Assembly: GCA_964016885.1 (NCBI GenBank)
Contig: OZ024761.1
Location: 806,001 to 870,000, forward strand
DNA length: 64,000 nucleotides
From: Eledone cirrhosa
Lineage: Eukaryota
Direction: 5' to 3'
Below the pieces are notes generated by a model. That model did not search any database, was not told the DNA's origin, and saw only the letters and a program-made list of their open reading frames with translations. The translations under genes and the position numbers were made by a program. Of this stretch, positions 27,510-44,260 are shown one piece after another (position 1 is the stretch's first letter; each line of letters opens with the position of its first letter).

Positions 27510-30171
27510 TCATCATCACCATCACCATCACCATCACCATCACCATCATCATCATCGTCGTTTAACGTCCATGTTCCACGCTTGCATGGGTTTGGACGGG
27601 AGTTTTCCCACTTGAGGCAAGAGTGGTTGTCTTGCTCGCATAGGACTGTCTGGCGGGTTTTCTACAGTTGGATGCCCTTCCTAACACCAACCACATTTAC
27701 AGTGTGGGGCTGGGAGGTTTTTACCGTGCTCCTACATGGCCACATTACAGCGTGGACTGTCTGGCGGGTTTACTACAGCTGGATGCCCTTCCTAACACCA
27801 ACCACATTTACAGTGTGGGACTGGGAGGTTTTTACCGTGTTGCCTACACGGCCACATTACAGCGTGGACTGTGTGTTTTTTGTCGTGACACCTACACGAT
27901 CTCATTTGTTTCGGTCTGGATTTTGTGGCACCAACATAACTTTACATTAAAAGGGGCGGTGTGGATGGGGTGGGGGTGATGGGACGGGGTGTATTTTGTT
28001 AGAGATGCCTACTGACTGTAGTAGGTTTGACTTTGTATTTAGGTAAGGCGGGTCTTCTCTATTACTGAGTACCGCCAAAGGTCTCGGTCCAGTGACATTG
28101 TCTTGGAGAGGTGTAAGTGTGTGAGGTCGGAATTTATCAGCTCGTCCCATGTTTTTCTGGGTCTGCCTACTCCGTGGCTACCGTCTATCTTTATTGCCCT
28201 GCACTTTGCTATACAGCTGTCGTCTTTCATGCGCATCACGTGACCATACCAACATAGCCTTCTCTCGAGTAAACAACATCTGATCCCTCTTATTTCTAAT
28301 TTTTTCCTTAGTTCGTTTATGCTTTGCCGTTCGCGTATATTACTATTACACATCCAGCGGAGCATGCAAGCTTCGTTCCTCTCTAGTCTGCGTATATCCT
28401 CTGCACACAATGCCCAGGTCTCACTGCCATGCAACATTGCTGTTCGTATGCAGGCATCATACAACCTGCCTTTCATTTTTAGGGAGAACCCTTTAGCGGC
28501 TAATAGTGGTATAAGCTCTCTGAACTTTTTCCTCCAGTTCTGACTCTAGCTACTGTACTTTCAGAGCACCCTCCCCCACTGCTGATTTTGTCACCCAGGT
28601 AACGGAAGCGGTCCACTATTTCTATAGAACCCTCTGCGCAGTTGAAAGAGCTAGTATTCTGTGGGCACTTGCTGCTACTTATTGCACCAGAGCACCAGCC
28701 ACATGTAAAATCTGTGTTCTTAGTTAGCTTACCTGTGATCCCACTACATCTTTTATGCACCCATACTTTGCATTTGGGACATAAAATGGAGTTTCTACCT
28801 ACGCCTTTCCTACACACTGAGCATGGCCATTTCCCGGAAGGGACCGGCGCCTTATTTTCTTTCCTACAAACTAGAACTTTAGTCTTAGCCAGGTTAATTT
28901 TAAGGCCTTTTGATTCTAGGCCGTGCTTCCATGTTTGGAATTTCTTCTCTAGCTCGGCCATTGATTCAGCTATGAGCGTTAGGTCATCTGCGTATAGGAG
29001 TTCCCATGGGCAGCCGGTCTTGAACTCCTCTGTTATAGCCTGAAGAGCAATAATAAATAGTAGGGGCTAAGAACAGAGCCCTGATGGACACCAACTTTTA
29101 CGCTAAACTCTTCACTATATTCGTTGTTAATTCTAACCTTGCTCACTGTTTCTTTATACCTGGCTTGTATAGCTCTCACAAGCCATTCGTCAACACCTAG
29201 TTTTCTAAGAGCCCACCAGATAATGGAACGGGGGACTCTGTCGAAGGCTTTCTCCAAGTCGACAAAGGCTAAGTATAGGGGGTTTACTTTTAGCTAGGTA
29301 CTTCTCCTGTAGTTGTCGTACAATGAAAAGAGCGTCTGTGGTACTTTTGCCTGACACAAACCCGAACTGCATTTCATCTAGATCGATTCTCTCTCTGATT
29401 AGTTGCACTATTACTTTTTCCGTGACCTTCATGACCTGGTCGATTAATTTAATGCCTCTATAGTTACTCCTATCTAGGGCATCTCCTTTACCCTTGTAAC
29501 AGTTAATGATGATGCTGCTACGCCAGTCCTTCGGAACAACCCCATTCTGTATGACTTGGTTTACTATCCGGGTGACCATGGTGTGTCCCACCGTTCCAGA
29601 GGCCTTCAGCATCTCAGCAACTATTTCCGAAGGCCCAGCCGCCTTACCCGTCTTCATATCTTTGATTGCCTTACTTATTATACTACCTTCAACTAACACT
29701 GCTGGTCCCTCTATTGGATCGATCTGGGGGAGACTATCCTTCTCCCATTTATTCTCCTCATTTAGTAGCCTCTCATCGTGACACTTCCAAGCGACCTTCT
29801 TATCAGCGTCAGTGATGGCGAGTACGCCATCATCATTTAGTACACACTTCTCCCCAACAATATCACGGTTTTCCTTGACACATTGCCTAGCAATCCTGAA
29901 CACCTCACGTTTTTGGTCCTCACGTTGTAGAACATGCTTGAACTTTCTTTCCTCTGCTTCCCTTCTTGCGAAGTACACTTGTCTCCTAGCTTCCCTCCTG
30001 GCCACTTGATAGTCTTCTCTACTTCCCCCATCCCGCCATACTTTCCAAGCCTGCTTTTTGGCCTTAATCGACTCCTCCACCTTACTGTTCCACCACCATG
30101 TTACTCTCCTCCTGCCTATAGGCCTGCTCCGGCCACAGACTTTGTCTGCCGCCATCAGCAGGTTTGCTTTC
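27505..30171 (-). mobile_element. RTE LINE subfamily B, 5'-truncated, frameshifted, with long 3' UTR and (GAT)n tail
   Basis: ORF pieces 29205-30170, 29033-29257, 28500-28961 and 28039-28476 carry RT motifs, YADD near 28985 and a PHD-like finger. Confidence 0.94.
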
Positions 30172-30207
30172 AATATATATATATACATATATATATATAT
30201 ACATGCT

Positions 30208-30253
<46 letters not shown>

Positions 30254-31014
30254 TATTAAAGATTTAGCTGTTATTTCTAACAGATCAATCAACCCTACAG
30301 AGACTACCTTGTTGGTTTGCCTGGTGTCCTAAATAGTGATGAAACTACCCAAATCAGTCTTGGGCACTGCTTTTCCCTCTCTGGTTTATTATATTACAAA
30401 CATCAGCTTAACCCTTTAGCATTTAAATTGGGTGTATCCAGTCAGAATTCTGTCACTGCTTTCTATTCAAACTGGCTATAACAAGCTGTTCATATTTATG
30501 TCAAGGTATTGTTCTCAAAATAAATAATATGAATCTCATAGATTCGATATTATGTGAGATAATTATGTGAGATTAAGCCTTTACGTGAAAATACAATAGT
30601 GAATATAGAGTAATGTAAATGCTAAAGGGTTAAGTATAGTTTTTGTTTCACAACTCCATTATGTAATGATATTTTTTACCAATTTTTCGAAGGCCATATT
30701 CACTCGAAACATATAAAAAAACAATAGGAAATACAAATTTCACCCCCAAAGTGAAACCGGTGTAATATTCACTCCCCAAAGCAAAAATAGTTTAGCACTT
30801 CATTTAATCAGAATTTTTTAAGTTGGTGTAAATTGGCAAAATATTGGTCTCTAGTATAAACCGACCACCCCATTTAACCATAGATTTTTTTTTAATCACA
30901 TATTTCTTGGTTTATATATGAGTATATATGGTGAATCTGTATAAATTCTTGATTAGTTTTGGAAATCATAGGCAGTTTTTTTGTTGTTTTTTTTTATTAT
31001 TATTATAAAGGTGA

Positions 31015-31490
31015 TAATTGTTTCTACTTTTGGTACAAGGCCAGCAATTATCCCAGTACATTACTGGTACTTTATTTTATCGACCCCGTAAGGATGAAAG
31101 GCAAAGTTAACCTCAGCGGGAATTGAACTCAGATCGTAAAGGGACGTAACTATGCTGGAAAGCATATCCGACCCTCTACCGATACTGCCAATTCACCGCC
31201 CTAAAGGTGATAATGAAAGATTTAAGTTCCAAACAGCGGTTTAACCTTTTAGCATTCAAACTGGCCATATCTGACCAGAATTCTCTCACCTCTTTCTGTT
31301 CAAACTGGCCATAACCAGCCACTTTTACTTACGTTAAGGTATTGTTCTCAAAATAAATAATTGTTTCTACTTTTGGCACAATGCCAGCAATTACCCCAGT
31401 GTGTAACTGGTACTTTGTTTTATCGACCCCGTAAGGATGAAAGGCAAAGCTAACCTCGGCGGGATTTGAACTCAGATCATAAAGGGCCTG
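31015..31490 (-). mobile_element. Two Nin/Deu-like tRNA SINE copies (31015-31200 and 31358-31490)
   Basis: Reverse complement of the 12984 consensus. Confidence 0.78.
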
Positions 31491-32239
31491 ATATTATGCG
31501 AGATAAATTTTACTGCAAAAATACAATAGTAATTATAGAGTAATGTAAATGCTAAAGGGTCAATAAGAGAAAGTTAGTTATATTACTAAATATAACTAAC
31601 TTCAAAATTCTAGATATTTTTCAAAGTTTCAGTATAAAAACCATGGCAACCAAAGGGTTAAACAGTAAGTAATGAAATGTTTTTCAAATAATCTAGAAAA
31701 TAAAAATTTAGAGGAATTTGCATGCAAGGTCTTGTAACTTCTGAAGGAGTCTTAAATGGTAAAGGGTTAAATCACCAATGATGTACTCAGCCCAATTCTA
31801 CTATCGTAGACAGAAACTCTGGTGTTCTACATTATCAAACGAAATAATAAAATAATTATTTATTGAATAAAGAGAAAGTTAGTTATATTACTAAATCCTT
31901 CCAAATTCTAGATTTCTTTCAAAGTTTCAGTACAAAAACCATGGCAACCAGAGAGTTAAACAGCAAATGAGTAAAAAAAAAAAAAACAAGAGATAAAAAA
32001 TTGCTACAAGTAGAAACAGTGCTAGCTAGGATGGCCAAGTTACTACACTGCCACACCCACATGCTAGCTACTACTATTGATTGTGAAATAGTAGATCAGT
32101 GTATTTTAGAGAGGAGGATGGAGGTGGAGGATAGAGGTAGAAGTGGAGATATGTTGGTTCTAAATTAAGTAACACACCATAGTATATAGCACTGACATTC
32201 AATGTCACAGAGCAAAAGTGTGATAACCAGCTGACTTAC

Positions 32240-34817
<2,578 letters not shown>

Positions 34818-35074
34818 CATATACATAAATATATATATATACATATACATATATACATATACATATACATATATATACATATATATATACATATACATAT
34901 ATACATATACATATATATATACATATACATATATACGTATACATATATATATATATATATATACATATATATACATATACATATATATATATATACATAT
35001 ACATATATATATATATATACATATATACATATATACATATATACATATACATATATACATATACATATATATAC

Positions 35075-35121
<47 letters not shown>

Positions 35122-35136
35122 CATATATATATATAC

Positions 35137-35921
35137 ATCTATCTATCTATCTAATGCTGGTAAAATTCACGAGATCCATAGACGAGTTCTCTCCAGCGGT
35201 CTCTGTCCCTCATTATCGCTGCCATGTCCTGCGTCTCCAACAGACCAGTGTCTGTCCTTAGGGCATCAACATACGTTAACCTTGGTCTTCCTCTTCTAGT
35301 GTGTCCATGTATGGGCTCCCAAAGGAGCACTGAGTGCAATGTTAACTCTGGATGTCGGTGAGCATGTCCAGCTAACCTCAGTCTCCTCTGTGTCACTTTT
35401 GAGCTGACTTTTGGGATGCTCCCATACAGCTCTGAGGCCTTTGATTCTGTGGACCGTTACTGCCTGATGAAGATCTTACAGGCTTATGGAATCCCCAAGA
35501 AGATAGTGGACCTGATATCACTGCTCTACAGCAAAGCCCAGGTCATTACACCTGGTGGGATGACAGAGTTCTTTGAGATGCTGGCTGGAGTGCTCCAGGG
35601 AGATACATTGGCTCCCTACCTTTTTATCATCGTAGTGGACTATTGTATGCGCCTTGCACTGGAGAAACACCAGGACTCTGGCTTTACTGTAGCACTGGCT
35701 CAGAGCAGGAGAGTTAGGGCGAAAAAGGTATCAGATGCTGAATTTGCCGACGACATAGTTTTGGTGACAAATACAGTGAAGGAGGCAGAGGATTTGATGC
35801 GGGAGGTTGAGACTGTGTCGATGAGTGTGGGGCTGAGAATGAATGAGACTAAAACAAAATATCTGGTAGAGAATGTTGAGAATCCAGAGGGGATCACTAA
35901 TGTAGGCGGGAAGGCGCTAGA
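35137..35921. mobile_element. RTE-X/RTE-like LINE with 5' inversion
   Basis: 35137-35430 on the minus strand reads [17 protein letters not shown], stop, then a (TAGA)n tail. 35434-35921 on the plus strand reads [37 protein letters not shown]. Confidence 0.85.
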
Positions 35922-36453
35922 ATATATATATATATATATACATATATACATATATACATATACATATATATATACATATACATATACATATATATATACA
36001 TATACATATACATATATATATACATATACATATACATATACATATATATATACATATACATATACATATACATATATATATACATATACATATATATATA
36101 CATATACATATACATATATACATATATATATACATATACATATATACATATATATATACATATACATATATACATATATACATATATATATACATATACA
36201 TATATACATACATATACATATATACATATACATATATACATATATATATATACATATATATATATACATATACATATATACATATATATATACATATACA
36301 TATATACATACATATACATATATACATACATATACATATATACATACATATACATATATATATACATATATATATACATATATATATACATATACATATA
36401 TATATACATATACATATATATATACATATACATATATATATACATATACATAT

Positions 36454-36492
<39 letters not shown>

Positions 36493-36738
36493 TACATACA
36501 TATATATATACATATACATATACACACATATATATATATATATATACATATATACATACATATATATACATATATATATATATACATACATACATACATA
36601 TATATACATATATATATATATACATACATATATATATACATATATATATATATACATATATATATACATACATATATATATACATATATATACATATATA
36701 TATATATATACATACCACAGACCCTCCATCTCAACTCA

Positions 36739-36776
36739 CCTTTTGAAAAGCAGAAGAACTGCGAAACCGGTAAAGG
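36739..36776 (+). ncRNA. Minimal type I hammerhead with U3-A8 core variant
   Basis: CCUU-UUGAAAA-GCAG(AAGAA)CUGC-GAAA-CCGG-UA^AAGG; lies in a 200-bp island between (TA)n tracts. Confidence 0.82.
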
Positions 36777-36908
36777 AACCAAATAAATATATATATTTTT
36801 TTTTTAAAATAAGACTCCAGTTGCATTTTCGATTTCATCCCTTTTTCTTTATACTTCCACTCGTGTAGGACACCTCGGTTATTTTTCATTTTGTAAAAAA
36901 AACCTCAC

Positions 36909-36961
<53 letters not shown>

Positions 36962-37088
36962 TGCATACATATATACATATATACATACATATATATATAC
37001 TTATATATATTACATACATCATATATATATATATATACTTATATATATTACATACATCATATATATATATACTTATATATATTACATA

Positions 37089-37127
<39 letters not shown>

Positions 37128-37145
37128 CATCATATATATATCTAT

Positions 37146-37570
37146 ATAAATTATTAAAAAAATAATGAATAAACAAAGAAACAGTTCCTTATATTAAACA
37201 AAAAAAGTTCATTATTTTACGATCTTTTCTAGGACATATATGTGTGTTAGAATTGGTATGCATATTCAAAAGATCTATGTACAAAATTATAGTTTGTATA
37301 ATTTTGTACATAGATCTTTTGAATATGCATACCAATTCTAACACACATATGTCCTAGAAACGATCGTAAAATAATGAACTTTTTTTGTTTAATATAAGGA
37401 ACTGTTTCTTTGTTTATTCATTATTTTTTTAATAATTTATCTTGACTCTGTTTTCCGTTTATCTTTCACCGAAAGTGATTTTTTAATGCATCTCTTCTTT
37501 CCATGATATCCGGATTACATTGAGTTCTTAATACGGATTGGACACTACCGTAAACTTTTGGTAGATTTAT
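37146..37570. mobile_element. Near-perfect 145-bp-arm palindrome with 130-nt extension; PLE-type fold-back insertion
   Basis: Arms 37146-37291 and 37297-37440 with loop GTTTG. Hammerhead 3' half GAAA-CGATCG-TA at 37357-37368. (TA)n flanks. Confidence 0.75.
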
Positions 37571-37579
37571 CTATATATA

Positions 37580-37615
<36 letters not shown>

Positions 37616-37658
37616 CATCATATATATATCTATATATATACATACATCATATATATAT

Positions 37659-37693
<35 letters not shown>

Positions 37694-38089
37694 CATCATA
37701 TATATATACAAATATCATCATCATCATCGTTTAACGTCCATGTTCCACGCTTGCATGGGTTTGGACGGGAGTTTTCCCACTTGAGGCTAGAGTGGTTGTC
37801 TTGCTCGCATAGGACTGTCTGGCGGGTTTTCTACAGTTGGATGCCCTTCCTAACACCAACCACATTTACAGTGTGGGGCTGGGAGGTTTTTACCGTGTTG
37901 CCTACACAGCCACATTACAGCGTGGACTGTCTGGCGGGTTTTCTACAGCTGGATGCCCTTCCTAACACCAACCTCATTTACAGTGAGTGCTGGGTGCTTT
38001 TTTGCCGTGGCACCTCCACGACCACTTTGCAGTGGAATGATATGGACCCTAGTCCCTATCATCTCATTTCTACAGCTGAGCAAACTGGA

Positions 38090-38146
<57 letters not shown>

Positions 38147-38189
38147 CATCATATATATATCTATATATATACATACATCATATATATAT

Positions 38190-38249
<60 letters not shown>

Positions 38250-38934
38250 TCATCATCTCACACACACACAGTCATACACGCACACACTATCTCTCTCTCC
38301 CTCTACAGTTGGTAAACTGCCAAACACAACTCCACAGATATTATGAAATTGAAATGAAAGAATCCTAAGAGTTCTTCTGGGAACGGGAGGAGAGGTGTGA
38401 GGTATGTAGAGGATAGGAGGAGTAGTGGCAGGTAAGAATGGGGACAAAATGGAGGAAGAGGGATAGGTGGTGTATAACTTCAAGAGGCCCAAAGTCTGCT
38501 TTCCCCATTAATACCCATGAAATAACAATTAAATATATTTTAATACTAACTGCCATTATAAATACCACCCACACGTACATATACACATATATATAACTAC
38601 GTAGCACCACATGCATGCATTAGCAAATATTACTACATACACACATACGTACACACACTCATACATCTATACACATTCACATACATAACTTCACATGCAT
38701 ATAGCACCACATACATCGGTGAACATTCACATAAATAACCACACATACACACACATATATCATCATCATCATCATCATCATCGTTTATATATATATATAT
38801 ATAAGCAGAAGGGATATTCAATTTGTTGGTAATTCAACAAATATAAATGTTTATAACTGATTCAGAGTACTCAACAGATTTTCTGGAGTATAATATATAA
38901 TATTAAATATATAAAAAAAACTATATATATATAT

Positions 38935-39429
<495 letters not shown>

Positions 39430-39543
39430 TAAGAGGAATTCCAACTTTGTCTGATTTACTCGTTTTATTTACAATCCTTTAAAATATATATAATGGTATT
39501 ATAATGAAATAGTATGATAGAATATTAAATTCTAAGTGTTAAT

Positions 39544-39582
39544 TGAACAAGTACTTTCATGCTTTCGCAATCTTCAGGTTCA
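39544..39582 (-). ncRNA. Minimal type I hammerhead ribozyme
   Basis: UGAAC-CUGAAGA-UUGC(GAAA)GCAU-GAAA-GUAC-UU^GUUCA; palindromic AGUACU at stem III. Confidence 0.85.
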
Positions 39583-40494
39583 TAATATGTGGTGACAGTC
39601 GAGTTTGCAATTTTCAACTGTAATGAGATGGCTAAATTTCCTACCTTTTATACATTTTATACAGAGAAAAGTCGCTCCAGAATGCAAAGCCCTGTAAACT
39701 GTATTTCGACCAATCAGTGTGTAGTTTCACTGAATTACTACAGCTGATTGGTTTAAGCTTCACGGCTGGTTGAGCATGCTAACGACCAATAGTCATGTCC
39801 AACGTATCAATTGTTTTGCTTTTTTGAAATGATGAAAATAGCATTTTCTATTAATCATCACCATCAACATCACTTTTATTATTATTATTGTTGTTGTTGT
39901 TGTTGTTAGTGGTCGTGGTCATAGTGGTAGTAGAAGTAATACCCCTAGGCGTTATTATTGTTCATTTAGCTTGGGTTTGAATTTATCAATATATATATAT
40001 ATATATATATCACAAAGGTGAAACAAAGCTCAAATGTATATAGGGAATTATATATGATAGTATACAATTGCCACGCCTTTTATATATATAATATATTAAG
40101 CACTGAAACCATGGTAACCTCTAGTGGTCAGCTGATGAGAAGGGACTGTCCTTTGTTTTGTCCGTTTTTTTTCCATAGTCTTTGCTCAACTGTTTTTTGC
40201 TCATTTGTATATATTCTTAGCCATGCAGGTTACTTTTCAAATTGATATAAATCATCATCGTCATCATCATCATTGATTAACGTCTATCTTCCACACTAGC
40301 ATGGGTTAGACGGGTTTGTCCCAATAAGAGGCAAGTTGGATCGGGTGACTGTGTTTTGCTCATATAGGAGAGTATATATATATATGTAAAAGGTAAACAG
40401 AAATAACAACACAATCGGTACAGTATATGGAAGGAATATATTAAGTTAAAGCTTGAAAAAGTAGGAAGAGGGTCTTAATGTTTCAGGCACTAGT

Positions 40495-40546
<52 letters not shown>

Positions 40547-40574
40547 TAGTTCAACAATAATATATTAGTAAACC

Positions 40575-40750
40575 ATCTTCGAGTTAGATAGGACGAAAGT
40601 GTTAGTGGAAGACCTAAATTTTTTAATGTCTCTGCTAAGTTTGTTTGGGAAGAGGCTAAAGTGTTTCCAAAAAGTAACATGAGTGATTAAATCAAGACGG
40701 TCCACTTCAAAAGGACTGAGATCAATTACTTTAGGTGGATAGGTTTTCGA
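40575..40750 (-). pseudogene. PLE ORF N-terminal relic from a diverged family
   Basis: PPKVIDLSPFEVDRLDLITHVTFWKHFSLFPNKL aligns without gaps to PPLNPLLAPFENDLFQLVKNIKFKPRHNRFLQKL of the intact PLE. Confidence 0.65.
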
Positions 40751-40814
40751 TTGTAGGTGTTGGCAGTACCCAAAGATGGTTTGCTAATATGTTGTGGAAC
40801 TAAAAGCCAACTTT

Positions 40815-41215
40815 ACCCAATTACACCTCTCAAAGGCAATGACACACGACCGTGACCTCTGGCGTCACGCAGTAATAGAGAGTACCCGACCTCCCATGGG
40901 TACAAGCTGAAGCATATAGACAATATGCCCCCACATCCCCCACCGCAAGGTGGTCGTGGAGGTGCCACGGCAAAAAAGCACCCAGCCCACACTGTAAAGT
41001 GGACGTGTAGGCGCCACGAAAAAGCACCCAGCACTCACTGTAAATGAGGTTGGTGTTAGGAAGGGCATCCAGCTGTAGAAATCAAGCCAAATCAGTTCCT
41101 GTATGAGCAAGGCATGGTCAGCCGACCAGACACTGCCCACAACAGGACAACCTGTCTAACCCATGCTAGCATGGAAGAACGGACGTAAAACGGTGATGAT
41201 GATGATGATGATGAA
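40815..41215 (+). mobile_element. RTE-tail SINE/LINE 3' end; a related copy lies at 51988-52340
   Basis: Shares the GGTGTTAGGAAGGGCATCC motif and ends AACCCATGCTAGC..GGACGTAAAACGGTGATGATG. Confidence 0.7.
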
Positions 41216-41618
41216 CTAACTTTATACCGAACGCGTCCTATGGATCAAGTGCTCTATTTACTACGGATATAATTTCCATGTTCTACCACTATATATATAT
41301 ACATATATATATATGTATATATAGGAGACACGGTGAAAAGGCTCCCAGTCCACACTGTAAATGTGGTTGGTGTTAGGAAGGGCATCCAACTGTAAAAAAA
41401 AAAGCCTACCAGAGACATTTCCGTGCGAGCGAGATATGGTCTCACGACCATTCCCGCATCAAATGGAACACAACCGTCTAACTCCTTCTAGCGTGGAAGA
41501 TGGACGTTAAACGATGATGATGATGATATATATATATATGTATGTATATATATATATATGTATATATGTATATATATATATATATATGTATATGTATATA
41601 TGTATATATATATATGTA

Positions 41619-41665
<47 letters not shown>

Positions 41666-41724
41666 GTATATATGTATATATATATATATGTATATATGTA
41701 TATATATATATATATATGTATATA

Positions 41725-42176
41725 CTTATGTACTTTGCCAACTTGCTGAGGCAATTACGAAAGGCTATCAAGACCATATGCCCAGGAAAACTGACAAAAA
41801 GGGTCTTGTTTCATCGGGTCAGTGTTCCAGCACACAAGTCCTTGATTTCAATGGCTGCTGTGCATGACTGTAACTTTGAACTGGTTGATCACCCTCCCTA
41901 TTCTCCTGATTTGGCCCCATCTATCATCTGCACCCCAGCATGAATTAACGTTTGGCTGGGAAGTGGTATGGCAATGATGATGACATCACATCTGCTGTTG
42001 CTGACATTATTTATCAACAGGATAAAAGCTTCTTCACCAATGGGACCCAAACCCTGCAACACTGATGAAAGAAACGTGTGGACTGCAGGGGGCACTATGT
42101 TGAAATGTAAACCTCATTTGGTCACATTCCATGAGGGTATCTTGGTTAACCTATGAACTTTTCAGCTGACCCTCAT
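41725..42176 (+). pseudogene. Mariner transposase 3' relic with right end
   Basis: [33 protein letters not shown]; ends GAACTTTTCAGCTGACCCTCATA. Confidence 0.85.
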
Positions 42177-42191
42177 ATATATATATAAATG

Positions 42192-42240
42192 GCTTCTACA
42201 GGACTAGAACTATTTCATTTGGGAGAAATCATCAGGAAGC
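42192..42240 (-). ncRNA. Type I hammerhead ribozyme
   Basis: GCUUC-CUGAUGA-UUUCUCCCAAAU-GAAA-UAG(UUCUAGUC)CUG-UA^GAAGC; a 60-bp island in (TA)n. Confidence 0.8.
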
Positions 42241-42279
42241 AGGATAAACTTATATATATATATATATATATATACATAC

Positions 42280-42334
<55 letters not shown>

Positions 42335-42430
42335 CACAAATATATATATATAGACACACAGCTACATATTCATATACAGTTCCATATACAAATTTACATA
42401 TAACTCCACATACACTCATCAATACACTTT

Positions 42431-42461
<31 letters not shown>

Positions 42462-42589
42462 CTACACAAACACATGTATATCTAGCTCAATTTACACAAA
42501 CATACACCTATACATATATAAATACACACCCATCCAGTTATAGATAAGCAAATGTAAAATGATGATGATGCACTGACACACACACAGAA

Positions 42590-42621
<32 letters not shown>

Positions 42622-43314
42622 ATATATATATAGCTCTGCCTACACACATTCACATATGTAACCTCATACACACAAATATGCATCTAAATATATAACCATA
42701 CACACACACTATAACTCTGTAAAATAGTTCAAGTTGGGTTAGAAACGAAAATGAGTTTTCAATCTTCATGCCAAATATATAATTACCCTTACCAGCCCCC
42801 AGTATTACCATTACCACCCCCACTATCACCACCACCATCACCTCCATCATCACCATTCATTTCATATTGTTCCAGTTCACTCAGATGGAAGAAAGAAATT
42901 AGTATCTGCAGTGTCTAGTGATGAACTTTTTAGCATTTAAACACACCTCTCTCTCACACACACCTCCACAAACCATACACCTAAGACCATACAATACACA
43001 CCTTACAATATACAACAAAATACTTTAGTGACATTATTTCAAACAATCAACAAATATACAGAAATTCTGGACATTTTTACTCTCTCTCACACACACACAC
43101 ATTTCCATTTTTCATGAAATTCGACAACACTACACCTGATATTCCCCCTCCATACACATGTACACATGTACCTGTGTATAAATCATGGCTTAAACACTAC
43201 ACTGTTCACTTTCCTAACATTTGTACATTATTCTATGTACTATACAAGCACCTTTCATGAGTTGTAGTGCACCTGAGCACTGTACACAATAATTTTCATT
43301 ATTTCATTATTATT

Positions 43315-44235
43315 GGGCGCTGGATTGGCAGTATAGGGTCGGACGCCATGCTTTGCAGCAAAGAGTTACGGCCCTTTATGGTCTGAGTTCAAATCCTGCC
43401 GAGGTTAACTTTGCCTTTCATCCTTATGGGGTCGATAAAATAAAGTACCAGTAATACAATGGGTAATTGCTGGCCTTGTGCCAAAAGTAGAAACAATTAT
43501 TATAATACACACAGTTCACTGAGTTCAAATCCCGCCGAGGTTAACTTTGCCTTTCATCCTTACGGCGTCGATAAAATAAAAAGTACCAGTAATGTACTGG
43601 GTAATTGCTGGCTTTGTGCCAAAAGTAGAAACAATTATTATTACACTCACACACACACTTCCTTTTCACATTGAGAACAATACCTTAACATAAGTATGAG
43701 CAGCCAGTTATGGCTGGTTTGAACAAAAAGAGGCAAGGGCTCATTTAGAAATGTGTTAATATATGCAGTTACATATATACACATCAATGTGGTATATAAT
43801 AATGGATATACTGACATATATGTCAATATATGCTAGTTATATTTAAACACACACACACACATATATATATATGCTGCAAAGTTTGTGTTTACATAGTGAA
43901 TGTGAGTGTGTGTGTGTGTAAGTGAGTGTGTTTGTGTGTAAGTGTGTGAGTGAGTGTGTGTGCATAGGTGTATATATTGATATGTCAATAATACTTACAC
44001 ACATATACATCCACTTAAGTTTTCACATACATGTGAATATTATTGTGTAGATTGGCAGTATCGGTAGAGAGTCGGACACCATGCTTTGACGCATAGAGTT
44101 ACGGCCCTTGCCATTCCGAGTTCAAATCCTGCTGCGGTTAACTTTGCCTTTCATCCTTATGGGGTCGATAAAATAAAGTACCAGTAATGTACTGGGTAAT
44201 TGCTGGCCAAGTGCCAAAAGGTAGAAACAATTATT
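43315..44235 (+). mobile_element. Cluster of Nin/Deu-like SINE copies (43315-43500, 43518-43640, 44050-44235)
   Basis: Match the 12984 consensus. Confidence 0.78.
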
Positions 44236-44260
44236 GTTTAAATGTATGTGAATGTATATA

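Noticed and set aside
40100-40145. Possible type II hammerhead (GAAA-CCATGG-TA ... CTGATGA)
   Set aside because: Stem II does not pair and stem I is out of register; treated only as a 3' half-motif.
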